DNA of 64,000 bases, taken from contig NIVC01001830.1 of the NCBI GenBank assembly GCA_002269645.1, positions 169,064-233,063 on the forward strand, written 5' to 3'. A program made the translations under genes and the position numbers. This document shows positions 25,223-38,594 of this stretch, one piece after another. Source of the stretch: Macrostomum lignano. Taxonomy: Eukaryota. How positions within the stretch are numbered: the first letter of the stretch is position 1; each line of letters begins with the position of its first letter. The notes below the pieces were generated by a model. That model had not been told where the DNA came from. It made no database searches and saw only the letters and a program-made list of their open reading frames with translations.

Positions 25223-25784
25223 GTTTGATCAGACAGATCAATCAATTAAACAGAAGCTCGTCAAGTGCCGCCGCTTCCACAACTGAATCTGTATTAATGT
25301 TCATTTTTGCTCGCATTTTTCTATCAACAGCAGCAGCAGCAGCAGCAGGTCTCTCTCAACTCATTATACCTGTTTCTAGCTTTTTTTACAAGTGAGTACC
25401 TGACAAGTTTTCTGTGTGTTGTTTTCTTGGTGACGGGTTTCGCCTCTTGGAGCTTTTTATGCATCAGCTGGGCCCAATTTTTATATAATATTTACAGTAG
25501 TAGCTTTGTGCATTCGTGGCCGTTCGATTTTTTTGTACCTTTTATAAGCGCACTCTTTCGAGTAACTGCTAATTGTTTGTGAACAATGTTGCATTGGCTT
25601 TTCTTCATTCTTAAGCGTTTTTACTGTGCCATTCGCCTTGATTTGATAAAACTGTCAGTCTGCTCTGATCCCAGGTATGTTCTATCATGTTTATTACTCT
25701 TCTCAACTCACCTATCAGTGCTGGACTGACATCTAATAACTATTACCTATTTTTGTTAGGTAGGTGTTGGAATCCAAATTTCGA

Positions 25785-26710
25785 CAATCCCCAAAATCTC
25801 GACAATCCAGATCCCAATTATAAAATCTCGACAATCCAGATCCCAATTATGAACTCCTGAAATCCCGACAATCGAAATCCCAATTATGAAATCCCCACAA
25901 TCCAGATCCCAATTATGAAATCCCGACAATCCAGATCCCGATTATGAAATCCCGACAATCCAGATCCCAATTTATGAAATCCCGAATCCCGACAATCCAG
26001 ATCCCAATTATGAAATCCCCACAATCCAGATCCCAATTATGAAATCCCGACAATCCAGATCCCGATTATGAAATCCCGACAATCCAGATCCCAATTTATG
26101 AAATCCCGAATCCCGACAATCCAGATCCCAATTATGAAATTCCGACAATCCAGATCCCAATTATGAAATTCCGACAATCCAGATCCCAATTATGAAATCC
26201 CCACAATCCAGATCTCAATTATGAAATCCCCACAATCCAGATCTCAATTATGAAATCCCCACAATCCAGATCTCAATTATGAAATCCCGACAATCCAGAT
26301 CCCAATATGAAATCCCGACAATCCAGATCCCATTTATGAAATCCCGACAATCCAGATCCCAATATGAAATCCCGACAATCCAGATCCCAATATGAAATCC
26401 CGACAATCCAGATCCCATTTATGAAATCCCGACAATCCAGATCCCAATTATGAAATTCCGACAATCCAGATCCCAATATGAAATCCCGACAATCCAGATT
26501 CCAATATGAAATCCCGACAATCCAGATCCCAATTATGAAATCCGATAATCCAGATCCCAATTATGAAATCTCGACAATCCAGATCCCAATTATGAAATCC
26601 CGACAATCCAGATCCCAATTATGAAATCCCGACAATCCAGATCCCAATTATGAACTCCCAAAATCCCGGCAACCCGGACTCAATTTTGAAATCCCAACAA
26701 TCCCATGAAA
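25785..26710. repeat. ~29-bp minisatellite (GAAATCCCGACAATCCAGATCCCAATTAT)
   Basis: Tandem periodicity. Confidence 0.95.
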
Positions 26711-27324
26711 TCCCCCTGCTCTGCATCTTGAATGGCATTCCCTTCTGTCTGGGCTACAAGCATACTGTAATTCGTGGATTGAAATAGCTTTTTCGTCAAA
26801 TAGCCTTTTTAATATTCAGTATGCAATTCTGGCGTCCGTCACTGAGCCAGCAGCTTATCCAGTGCCCCGCTTTTTGCGCCATTCATTCCCCAGTGTTTGC
26901 TCCCCAACCCGATATTTGGCTAGTAAATCGAATGCTCCACTTCCCCTGACTGCACGATTCCCCATTGGTTCTTGCATTGCACTTTCTACTTGTATCTGTA
27001 TATCAATACTTATTTATCTACTAAATCTGCAATTTTCAGCATTTTTATTTAATAACTTCAAAATTGTTTTTTTAAATTTGTTTTTTTTCTCAAGCAAAAA
27101 TGCTAAACGCAACCCCTATACGTTAAAATTTTTCGTGGCAATCTTTCTCTATGCCGTAATTCTTTTTAACTGAAAAGCAGTCGAAGTTTAAATAAGCAAG
27201 CAAATGAAAAAGGTGCTTTGATTGATAAATAAATAGTTTACCTGCGAAGAGACAAGCTTTAGCAAGTTAGCATCTTGCCATCATTGTGAATAAAAATAAG
27301 TTCTGCTTTGTACTTTTGTCCCTT

Positions 27325-27725
27325 GGTTGCTAAGAAAGATTATCCTGGATAGTAATGTGTATTCACCTGGTTGCTAAGGGAGGTTATCTTGGATAGTAAT
27401 GCGTATTCACCTGGTTGCTAAGGGAGGTTATCTTGGATAGTAATGGCGTATTCACCTGGTTGCTAAGGGAGGTTATCTTGGATAGTAATGCGTATTCACT
27501 TTGGTTGCTAGGGAGGTTATCTTGGATTAGTAATGCGTATTCACCTGGTTGCTAAGGAAGATTATCCTTGATAGTAATGCGTATTCACCTGGTTGCTATG
27601 GGAGATTTCCCTAGATATTAGTGCGTATTCACCTGGTTGTAAGGAAGCTATAGATTATCCTGGATAGCAATGCCGCGTTCACCTATTTGCTAAGTTTACC
27701 TGGGTGCCAAGGTAAGTTCACCTGG
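27325..27725. repeat. 44-bp minisatellite (GCGTATTCACCTGGTTGCTAAGGGAGGTTATCTTGGATAGTAAT), degenerating rightwards
   Basis: Tandem periodicity. Confidence 0.9.
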
Positions 27726-28165
27726 GTTGGTAAGAGCGATTGTAGCTAGGCGTGATTGAATAAATTTCCATACTCATTTTTAGTATATTGATGAATGATA
27801 ATTCGAGTGAATACATGGCAGTCTAAGATAGTCTCGAAAAGAAATAAAACCTGAAATGACTTTAAGTAATTTTTAATTCCATAAAAAACAACTTTGGTTA
27901 TATGTTTTAAAGCGTTGTCTCATAGGCACTTTATAATTGTTCTTCATCAATCTGCATACATCTAATAGCTTGTTTAAATTAAGCAAGGGCAGCTTGCTGT
28001 CTGTTTAGAAAGAAATGAATGTACAGAATTTAACAGGAGAAAAACGAATCACAATGACACAAGCTACTTTTAGTAGGCTATTGTTTTACTGCCGAAAAAA
28101 GTTTTCAATTTGGATTCTATAACATCCGCAGGCCGGAAATTCTATCAATGTAGATTATTAGCTGT

Positions 28166-28468
28166 TCACTCGCTCAGCTTCGGCGAGATGATGCCTCGGT
28201 CGTCCTTGTTGTAGTCCAGGGTGGTGTGCAGCTCCGCTAGAGGACGCTGGCCTTCATCTCCAGCTTCCTTTGTGGCATCATCAACACAGGCTGCGGCAGC
28301 TGTCGAATCACCTTTTGTCGCTTGGTTGTCGTCGTCGTTCCTCGGTGACGAGTCCGGGCCCATGCGCTGCTCCCAGAATTCGCTGACGCTGCGCCTGGCG
28401 TCGCGGTTGGTCTCGCGCCATTCTCGCTGCCACTGGCGCAGCTCCTGGACCTCCGGGTCGCGGCGCAC
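28166..28468 (-). CDS. IQCK: IQCK last exon (VRRDPEVQELRQWQREWRE...KLSE*)
   Basis: Matches VRCDPEIQELRQWQK; the spliced CDS is 924 nt, 307 aa. Confidence 0.88.
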   Translation of the reverse strand: MRRDPEVQELRQWQREWRETNRDARRSVSEFWEQRMGPDSSPRNDDDNQATKGDSTAAAACVDDATKEAGDEGQRPLAELHTTLDYNKDDRGIISPKLSE

Positions 28469-29038
28469 CTTTAATAAGTTGTCGTTGGTTGAGATAAGCC
28501 AGGTGTTATACATGCAGTACAGCTTGTGCAGTACACATTTCTACTGGGTTTCCTCTTTTTAGTATGTTTTAGCTATGTTCATCTTTTCATACCTTTAACC
28601 ATTCTCATAGCTCCATTGACATTCATAAAACTTTTTGCTTAGAAAATTTGAATATGATTTTTTTATGAATAAGACATGTAGGTAGGATATAAATTACCAT
28701 AAAATCTTAATTTCTAAACAAAAAGCTTTTATAATATCCATAGAGCTATATAAGAAAGACAGATAGCTAAGAATATCAAGATTTTTGCGCTGCAAAATGG
28801 CAACCTCCAATCTCCGATCCGTAATGTATTTTTTCGGTAAAACCTGCCTCCAAAATTTTTTCAAGAAATGTTAGTTTTCTGTCCTTCTACTTGAGTAGTC
28901 CCTGCTTGTACAGAGCTGGTACATGGACTACTCAATAGTCGGTAAATTAAGGCTTAGGGACTCTAGAATACATGTATCTGAAAAGCGTGAATGGTCCATC
29001 TGGTTTCTGGCGTCAGCATGCGGGAATGATGAGCTCAC

Positions 29039-29254
29039 CAAAAAGCCGCGCCAGTAGTTCTGGATGATCTGCACCGCCTCATCGTCGCTCAGTAGGACGG
29101 ACAGCGGCAGCGGCGGGCGAGGATTTCTCTCCCACTCGTCGCGTACGAACGGAACATCGGCGAGGCGAGTGCCGCGACGCTCGGGATGGGCGGGGTTGTT
29201 GGCGTACAGGTACTCGGTGAGGAAGTCGCAGGCGTTGAATTTGGTTCGCTTCCG
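29039..29254 (-). CDS. IQCK: IQCK exon 3 (RKRTKFNACDFLTEYLY...PRPPLPLSVLLSDDEAVQIIQNYWRGFL), includes the IQ motif
   Basis: Matches RKRTKFIACDFLTEWLY and PRPPIPLSLLLTEEEAALYIQSFWR; 216 nt, phase 0/0. Confidence 0.92.
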
Positions 29255-29990
29255 CTGAGGGTTTGTCGAGTCGGCTGGTGTAATTGAGTTCTGTCTACTA
29301 ACGAATCAGCAGCATACGTGAGATATGGTTATTTAATTTTCCTTTTATCGACAAAAGAAAGTCAACGGATTCAATGGCTCCAGTCAGCGACTCCAGCTAG
29401 CAGCCCATTTCATCCGCGCTTATTGTCGTACTGCCCACAGTAGGTGCAAGAGGTGCTGATGATGATGAAGACTCGGCGCTTCGTCGACTGACTGCCTTGC
29501 TGGCTGACTCTGGTGCCCAGGACTCGATCTAAGTTGGCACCCAGTCTTCGAGGCGCGCTCTCTGACGCTGCTATCGTTTTTTTATCTTAAGACCCTCTGA
29601 TAGCGTGCTGTTGTTTGAAGTCTCCTAAATTCTCATTCGCACTGAAGCTAAATAGGTTTAAGTACAATATTTTTATCTGTCTGAGTAGTAGGACAAGGGT
29701 ACGACTAGCCAACTTCGTTCTGCCCCCACCCCACCTCCAGCACACCCACCTCACCTCCAGGGCCTCCCCCTTCGCTGATTGGCTGGCCAACTTTGCTCTG
29801 CCCCCACCCCACCTCCGGCATACCCACCCCACCTCCAGGGCCTTCCCCTCGCCAGCCAATCAGCGACGTGCATCAGATCGCACCCTTTTCCTACTACTTT
29901 TGTGTAAGATGAGTCCTTATAGAAATCATATTTGAGCTCTATTTTTATTAATTGAAATCTTTCTGCCCTCCGCTGTTGATCAATTCTTAC

Positions 29991-30340
29991 ATCAAAGCAG
30001 CGCTCTTCTCCGGCCGTCTGCAGCATCGCCTCCATGGCTGGCAGCAGAGTTGGGAACACGTAGTGCTCAAGGTATTCCCTTGGCGAGCACTTCTTTCTAT
30101 CTGGCGGGGGACACGGCGGCTCCGGCGGCGGCTGTGGTGGCCGGTCGAGCAGCGCAAAACCGAATGTAGCTGGGTGGGAGACGGCTGGATCGAAGTCCAG
30201 AGAACCGTCGTTGCACGGCAGTTGGTGGTGCAGTTTGCCGTAGAACACTGGCGTGTGCTTTTTCGGGTCGTAGTCGGACTTGGTAGTTGACGCGGACTGC
30301 GCGTCTTCGTCGGGGAATGGAGGTCGCATTGACCGGGCCT
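29991..30340 (-). CDS. IQCK: IQCK exon 2 (EARSMRPPFP...CSPREYLEHYVFPTLLPAMEAMLQTAGEERCFD)
   Basis: Matches IQCK CSPKEYLETFIFPVLLPGM..KEKCFE; acceptor TCACAG|, donor |GTAAGA. Confidence 0.9.
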
Positions 30341-30436
30341 CTGTGACAGTTGGTGATGGAAAAATAACGATAATATTCTATTACACTTCGATACAAGCAT
30401 CAATGATTTTTCTCTTTACAAGTCAAGTTAGCTCAC

Positions 30437-30491
30437 CTTTGCATATTTCCTCCCAGATATTTTTCGGCTGAACGTGCGTAATTAGCGCCAT
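30437..30491 (-). CDS. IQCK: IQCK exon 1 (MALITHVQPKNIWEEICK)
   Basis: KNIWEEICKE matches IQCK KNLWEQICKE; phase-1 donor G|GTGAGC. Confidence 0.85.
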
Positions 30492-32189
30492 TTTCTGCGC
30501 CTGAAATGTTATAAGCAAAGAGTGGCCACACTCCAGTCTTGTCTCTAGAAGGGTTAAAGCTTTTTTGGTTCGATTTTTTATCCATCACAAAAAATAAAAA
30601 AGTAATCTAGGATTATAAACGATCAACTGCAACTGGGAATACGCAAGTCTTTTATCTTTTTAAATTTTTTATCGAAGGCAAATGAGTAATTATTAATTAA
30701 GGACAAATATAAAGCAAAGATGAATTTTTCTTTCTGTAAGAATTCGTTATATAAATGGTCGAAATAAAAGTGATTTAATTAGACAACTTCGTAATGAGTA
30801 CATTAATAACCGTATTATTGAATATTAATTCAAAAGCAAATCTTATTTTTTTGTGTGTTGTACGTAGTTAAAAGGTTAAAACACAGTACACATAAATAGG
30901 CACTTACAGAATTTAAATGCAATCAGAATGTGTTTCAAGAAAATTGTATTCGTAATATGCGAAATTTTAAATTAATATGTATTATAATCTTGCTCTGGGT
31001 CGTAGCAAGTTCTAAAAAAGCTGATAAAAATGCACTTTAAATTTTAGATAAAACCTCCAACAGCAAATACTACTGTAGGAAAATTCAGACAGTTATAATC
31101 CATTTGAAATATAAAACAGATATTAAATATCTTAAAAGATTTTGTTTTGTCTACCTCCTTTTTAAAGCAAATATAAATTTGCATTTTGTTATTGTGCGCA
31201 CAACAGCTGTTAGCTTTTTTAATTTCTTATTTTTTATCGCGGGTCAGATTTTTTTATATTAAAACGCAAGCTGTGCAGAGCTAAGATAGATAAAAGATAT
31301 GTTGTTGATTGTCTGTTGATTAGCATTGGCTTAGCACAACTAATTTTTAATAAAAAATCTCACTCTTTGAGTTCAAAAACATAAAAAGGGGTTTCCTGGG
31401 AAGCCACTACTAGTATTTTAACGCCAGCTATATTTTTTTTCAAAAAGTAACAAAAATTGTCCAAGTTTTAAGTTAAACGGTAGGCTAGTTTTCATTTACA
31501 ATTTGTCATTAGCAATGAAAAATCTCAGGATAATTTCATGTTTAATACAAAGTTGTAAGATTAGTCACTTACCGTTCTTACAGCTTCAGTGTCATTAATG
31601 AGATGTTTTTATACAGTTCATTCTTATTTATTGCAAAAGAAGGACTAACTAACTCACATACAACGATACAAGCACAACCTCTGCAGTTACACTGGCCAAG
31701 TGACAGATTTGACCAAATTGCGACTTAGTTTGCTGTTGCCATTTTTGCAACTTGCTTTGTTTTTCTTATTATTTTTTGTTTTTGTTAGGCCTATCTTTTT
31801 CATTTTTGCTTCCTATACCAAACTAGTACTACTATGTCCAGTTGGCATTTCTAAAGTAACAGAAAATTTATGCAGAGCTAAATGTAACTCTACTTTGTTC
31901 TTTCTAAAATTTCAGACTAAGGCAATCAACAAGACAAAAGCTGTATATTTTTAACCTTTACTAGGCTTTAGTTTAAGTGGTTTTTTAGCTCTAAAACTTT
32001 GCTAACCTCATTATTTTGACATTCTAAGGGCATAAGGCTATCTGATGTGTATAAAAATATAAAATCTTAGCTTAAAGATTTTCTATTATAAACCAAGTAA
32101 ATATAAATAAGTTTAGTTTTAGCCAAATATAGCAAAAGTTATTTATATATAAGTATTAATCTGGCAAATTTTGTAATACCCCTTAATTA

Positions 32190-32790
32190 AATAACCTTTT
32201 AAACTTTGTTTGACTTGGAATATTCTAACCATTATTCTGACTCGTAATGCTGCTAATGTCAATGTGATTAAATTACCAGTTGGAATAATGGCCAGAATAT
32301 GCCAACTCTTATTCTGACTGATTGATAAATGCATTGCAAGAGTCTGAATACCATTCCGACTTTTATTCCAACTGATTAATAAATACATTGTAAGAGTCTA
32401 ACTATCATTCTGAATCTTATTCCAACTGATAATTTAATACATTGTAAGAGTCTAAATATCATTCTGACTCTTATTTAGAAAACTTGAAGACTTTATGTTT
32501 ATTCAGTGTTTATTTAGTTTAGCTCTAAGTAAAAATACATATTAGCAATGAATTAAATAAGCAGTCAAAAAAAGAGTGGGAATGATATTTAGACTCTTCA
32601 ATGTATTTAATAATCAGCTAGAATTAAGAGTTGGAATGATATTCAGACTCTTGCAATGTATTAAATTATCAGTTGGAATTAAGAGTCAGAATGGTATTCA
32701 GACTCTTGCTATATATTTAATAATCAGTCTGAATAAAAGTTGGAATAATGGTCAGAATATTCCAAGTTGGACAAAGTTTTAAAGGTTATT
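32190..32790. mobile_element. Foldback element with long inverted arms built from ~54-bp subrepeats
   Basis: AATAACCTTTTAAACTTTGTTTGACTTGGAATATTCT is inverted at 32745-32790; inner arms 32340-32473 and 32572-32730 are inverted. Confidence 0.65.
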
Positions 32791-32795
32791 AAATA

Positions 32796-33631
32796 CAGTG
32801 TTGGGCACCAGTACATTAATAAGCATTAATCTGTTAATAAGTGTTAAGATTTTTTTTAACATTAATAGACTGCTGTTAAGATTTTTTTGAACTAACAGAT
32901 TAACAAATTTACATTAATAATTTTGTGAGTTAATGACAAATTCATTGTTAATATTAATGGCAATGCTAATGACCAAAGACATAAAGAAAGAACAAAAATA
33001 TAAGTCTGACAAGAAGTTACAACATTACAAATATATTCAAATTTGTCTAAACTAATGCCAAATTAATCTCTTTGCTTATAACAATAATCATGCAAATGTA
33101 ACTTCTTACTAATGAAATTTAATAATGAATTAAAATTGTGAACTTTATTGCTTGCACATGAGCATTGATTGCTTTGATTCACTTCTTTCCCAATCTTTTG
33201 TAACTTTCTACTATGCCTGCTAATGCTAATGAAACAACCTTCCTATTTGTATTGTATTATTAACTAATTAGCTTTTAAGTTTCAAATAAACAAGTTACTT
33301 TTTTACTGTATGCTTACTTCTAGTAATATTATATATGGAAGTTTTTTAAATTATTATTTATTGCTTTTTAGCTTATAAATCCTTTTAGATGACCTCTGTG
33401 TTTTGCTAAAAAGGTGGAAAATCAAAGACAGTGCATTATAGAAGTCTGTTTTGGAAAAATGCAAGATTTTTGTATTTTCTATGTTAACTTTAAGAATTAA
33501 CACTTATTAACAATTATCAGTTAACTTTCAGTTGACTTAATGAAATTAAAAGTTAATAAGTTAAGATTTTTTGTTTTAATGCTAATGATTTTGTCATTAA
33601 TGGAAATTAAGATTAATGGTGCCTAACACTG
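32796..33631. mobile_element. Decayed non-autonomous hAT-like element
   Basis: TIRs CAGTGTTGGGCACCA / TGGTGCCTAACACTG; 8-bp flanks ATTAAATA / AATAAATA (7/8 match). Confidence 0.7.
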
Positions 33632-35204
33632 AATAAATATGCTTTAAAAGGTCATTTATTGATATTATGTCAGGCCATTTATGTGGTTCTGCACAGAGCG
33701 GAACAGGTAGAATTGAGAAAAATCACTTAAAAGTAATCAGCAAAAATTGTTTATAGTGATTGTTTCAATATAAGTATAGCTTAGATTATGATGAAAAACT
33801 CAAAGGTTACTTCATTTGTTTTTTAATGCCCAATATTAGACACTATCATACAACCTTAGATAGCAATAAAAGACAGTGAATATTCATCTTTTTTTTTTGT
33901 AGGACTCATTTAGCAACTTATGGCAACTTATATTACTAGCCCCAAAAAATTTTTAAATTCTAATTTTTTAATACACTATTAGTTTATAATGTAAATTATA
34001 GTTATATATGCAAAGCATTGGCTCATAGCATGTCAATGATATAAAAGGTCAATTTATGCAAGACCCAAGAATCTACTATCTGTTTAAGAGATAATCTGTT
34101 TAATAATGATTAGTTGAAGCTATGAGATAATAGAGATCATGCACATAGCACTAAGGCTATCTTTTATTACCTTTTAAAAAGTAACATTTATTATATACCT
34201 TGTGAATTTAATCAGAGTTTATTGGCAACCCAAAATAAAGGCAAAGTGAACTAATGTTTTCTGACTCAATAGCATAATGCTGAATTACATCACATTATCA
34301 AGCATACTACTGTAATAATTAAAGTATGCTTTCTATCTAGTATTCATAAAACTTAGATCAGCTTAGCATTGCAAGTGTTTTATGACAACATTTTTGTAGC
34401 TCTAAGATGATAAAATAGGCAATTTCATTGAAATAGTAAACAAGATCCATAATGATTATAAAGCCATGATCAAAGGCTTAATGTTCTATATTCCAATAGT
34501 TTTTATAAGTAAATTGAAATTCTAATTCCTTGCCAACTCTAATAAAGAGATAATCAAATGGCAAAGTAAGAATTTATCACCTACAAGACAAAGATAGAAT
34601 TGGTGAAATTGTATTATTACCAATCTGTATCAGCAAGAAATACTAAAATATATTCCAGCAAGAAATACTAAAATATATTCCAGCAAGAAATACTAAAATA
34701 TATTCCAACATGGCATGTCCTATCAATATTGGCTGAGGTTCAAATCAATTGATTCTACCTTTATTTCAAACTTTTGCCTTTTTATTAATCAATACTTTTT
34801 ATTGAAATGCTTTTAATCGTATAGCAAAAAACACAATTTGAAAGATGTCTATATTAGTTTTCAATTACTTTAACTAGCAAAGTGTCTTTAATTTAAATAA
34901 TATGCATTATATTTATTCATTTATTAGTGTGATCTACATATATAGGAATTTGTTTTTGCCATGCTTTGAGCCATTTGTGTTCATCTATATGTTTTGAGTT
35001 TTTTACTCAAGATAAAAGTTTGTAATTAAAGTTTTTAATGTTTTAAGTCTTAAGTTTTTTATGAAGTATAAAAATGTGTCCAAAATTAGGAACTATATAT
35101 TTTTGTTAGTATATAGAGCACCAGTCTGATGTCTGATACTCATTGGTATAGTTGCCCTTAAGGAAGGCCAATTTTCAAGCCCTGAGGGTCCCTGAAAGAT
35201 TAGA

Positions 35205-35445
35205 GGGGATATTTGAGCCCCTGAAAGATTAGAGCTGGTATTGGATCCCTGAAGGATTACAGGGGTATTGGATCCCTGAAGGATTAGATGGGGCATTAGA
35301 TCCCTGAAGGATTAGATCGGGTATTGGATCCCTGAAGAATTAGATCGGGTATTGGATCCCTGAAGAATTAGATGGGGTATTGGAGCTTGCTGAAGGGTTA
35401 GAAGGGGTATTGGAGTCCCCTGAGGGATTAGAGGGGGTTGGGAGC
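35205..35445. repeat. 28-bp minisatellite (GATCCCTGAAGGATTAGATGGGGTATTG)
   Basis: Tandem periodicity. Confidence 0.85.
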
Positions 35446-36359
35446 CTTCAGGGATCTGATTTGGGTACTGTTTTAGGTAATAATGAGCTCAGATAAAGCG
35501 ACGTACTGCATTCGTTGCAACTAGTGAATCATTCACAGTTGTAGCAAGAAATCTATTTTAAGCTATATTGCTCACAATGTTCCATGCAAGCGTTTTGGTG
35601 GAAGAAAGCAATTTATTTTCTACAGATAAGGCCGAGCATAGGTAGGGGGGGGGGTCCAAAGCTTGAACCGGTTTTCGTTGCCAGTCCGACATGGGGTTTA
35701 CTTCTGGGGGCAGGGTGTCCAATGCATTCTGCCCGTATAGATACTGGTTTTTTTTAACGGATTAGTGCAACTTTTTATTGCCCTCTCCCCTTGTCTCTCC
35801 TTCCACTTTTATGACCAACCTTTCAAGCCGACACTTTTAGAGTTCTTTAGGTCCACGCTTTGTGGATACACAGAAGTGGGGCCGCGCCGTGTTACTTCGT
35901 ACTGCACATTGATCGCATGTACTTTGACTGTTGGAGCAGTGAATTACACGTGACTCTATGCGTCTCTGCCTTCTTCTCTCCCCTTTCTCTCAAGTGACTC
36001 AGAGTCCAAAAGCTCTGTTTGACTACCAGAGTCAGTGCTCAGAAAAAGCTCTTACCCTGTTGCCCTTTGATCTGTCCTGGTATTTCAGGGCCATATAACT
36101 GACTGCAGCTTAGTTACGCTATTCTATACCCACCAAACTTGTTAGAGAGAAAATCAATAGTCAGCAACATCGCTTATTAAAAGCTAAATTTATTCCTTTC
36201 GTTCTCGTTCTCAGTGAGTGAATTTTGAGCGTTGCTAACTGGGACTGTTATTATTCATTTTATTCATGGAATAGGTGTTAAAGTCGTTTCAGAGTAATTA
36301 GATTGAAATGTTTATTAGGCTTTTTCGGTAGGTTTAAAAGCCTTGTATGTCTCTAGATG

Positions 36360-36935
36360 GATTTCGGGGTCATTGGATGGGTGTCAAGAGTCCCTAGATC
36401 GGTTTCAGGGTCATTGGATGAGTGCCGGAGTCCCTAGATCAGTTTCAAGGCCATTGGATGACTGCCGGAGTCCCTAGATCGGTTTCAGGGTCATTGGATG
36501 AGTGCCGGAGTCCCTAGATAGGTTTCAGGGCCATTGGATGAGTGCCGGAGTCCCTAGATCGGTTTCAGGGTCATTGGATTAGTGCCGGAGTCCCTAGATC
36601 GGTTTCAGGGTCATTGGATGAGTGCCGGAGTCCCTAGATAGGTTTCAGGGCCATTGGATGAGTGCCGGAGTCCCTAGATCGGTTTCAGGGCCATTGGATG
36701 AGTGCCGGAGTCCCTAGATCGGTTTCAGGGTCATTGGATGAGTGCCGGAGTCCCTAGATAGGTTTCAGGGCCATTGGATGAGTGCCGGAGTCCCTAGATA
36801 GGTTTCAGGGCCATTGGATGAGTGCCGGAGTCCCTAGATCGGTTTCAGGGTCATTGGATGAATGCCGGAGTCCCTAGATAGGTTTCAGGGCCATTGGATG
36901 AGTGCCGGAGTACCTAGATCGATTTCAGGGCCATT
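36360..36935. repeat. 40-bp minisatellite (GAGTCCCTAGATCGGTTTCAGGGTCATTGGATGAGTGCCG), ~14 copies
   Basis: Period of 40 measured. Confidence 0.95.
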
Positions 36936-37171
36936 GAAAGCGGCTTTATGGACCCTCATGGATGGGTTTTAAGGCCATTAGAAAGAGTTCAAATGTTTTC
37001 AAACAGATAGCACAATCTGTATTGAGGTTGATGTTTATTTTTTGAAAATTGTGAAACTTATATTAGACTTCGAAATTATAACCTCTAAAATGTTTATCAG
37101 CAGTTGGTTACCATCATATCTCTTGTTACCGTCTTCAGCAATCCCCAAGCGCACCCGACACTCTGGAGCCG

Positions 37172-37549
37172 ATGGAGCCGGCCCAGCTTCTCATCAACGG
37201 CTTGAACTCGCGCGAATCCGAGCCCGGACTGCAACAGTCCGCCGGAGCCGGCGTTGATCAACCGTTGCTAGGCAACCGCACCTCAATGACGCGGCTTAGT
37301 CCGAAGAATCGTAGCAACCGGTCTCGCTCGGACGGCACCGACTTCATCCAGACGGATGAACCGGCGGGCGGCTCCGGCAGCGGCGGCGGACTGGCGGGCA
37401 ACGCTGCGACGTCATCCGCGGCTCTGAGCTCCCCGGCGGCGTCGTCGGCGGCCGGTGCCGCTGCCGCGCGAATCGGCGAATCGTCGATTGCGGACGCGCC
37501 GATTGGCGAGACGTCCAGAGTCACCAAACGGCGCGGTCACCATAGAAAG
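37172..37549 (+). CDS. AdipoR: Adiponectin receptor (PAQR family) exon 1, low-complexity cytoplasmic N-terminus
   Basis: ATG 33 nt after acceptor GTCTTCAG; GC-rich coding; phase-0 donor AAG|GTCTGC in frame with exon 2. Confidence 0.7.
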
Positions 37550-37584
37550 GTCTGCGCGACTGCCCGCTGGCTTGTTGATAAATA

Positions 37585-38239
37585 AATCCATAGATTCAGA
37601 TCCCATATTCATAGATTCAGATCCAATATCTATAGATTCAGATCCCATATCTATAGATTCAGATCCCATATCTGTAGATTCAGATCCCATATCTATAGAT
37701 TCAGATCCCATATCCATAGATTCAGATCCCATATCTATAGATTCAGATCCCATATCTATAGATTCAGATCCCATATCTATAGATTCAGATCCCATATCTA
37801 TAGATTCAGATCCCATATCTGTAGATTCAGATCCCATATCCATAGATTCAAATCCCATATCTGTAGATTCAGATCCCATATCTGTAGATTCAGATCCCAT
37901 ATCTGTAGATTCAGATCCCATATCTGTAGATTCAGATCCCATATCCATAGATTCAGATCCCATATCTGTAGATTCAGATCCCATATGTGTAGATTCAGAT
38001 CCCATATGTGTAGATTCAGATCCCATATGTGTAGATTCAGATCCCATATGTGTAGATTCAGATCCCATATCTATAGATTCAGATCCCATATCCATAGATT
38101 CAGATCCCATATCTGTAGATTCAGATCCCATATGTGTAGATTCAGATCCCATATGTGTAGATTCAGATCCCATATGTGTAGATTCAGATCCCATATGTGT
38201 AGATTCAGATCCCATATGTGTAGATTCAGATCCCATATC
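37585..38239. repeat. 21-bp minisatellite in AdipoR intron 1 (ATAGATTCAGATCCCATATCT)
   Basis: Tandem periodicity. Confidence 0.95.
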
Positions 38240-38276
38240 ACACTCACAAGGGATAATCTAATACAAATGGTTGCAG

Positions 38277-38553
38277 AACTCTGACCCGCTGCCTCACAAG
38301 CCGTCGGATCTGACTCTGCTGCAGCAGTTCGACGAGCTGGCCACCCGAGCCAAGGATAGCGCTGAGCAGTTCATGCACCACGTGTGGACCAGGGGCTGGC
38401 GCCTCACCCCCCACTGCCGCCTGCCCGACTGGCTGAAGGACAACGACTTCCTGGTGCAGGGCCACCGGCCTCAGCTCAACACCTTTGCCGCCTGCTTTAA
38501 AAGCATCTTTCGTATTCACACGGAGACTGGTAACATCTGGACACACATGCTGG
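38277..38553 (+). CDS. AdipoR: AdipoR exon 2 (..LPDWLKDNDFLVQGHRPQLNTFAACFKSIFRIHTETGNIWTHML)
   Basis: AdipoR signature LPDWLKDNDFL..GHRP..SIFRIHTETGNIWTH; TTGCAG| and G|GTGAGT. Confidence 0.95.
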
Positions 38554-38594
38554 GTGAGTTGGACGCAAACGAACAGTATGCTGGACACAAATCG

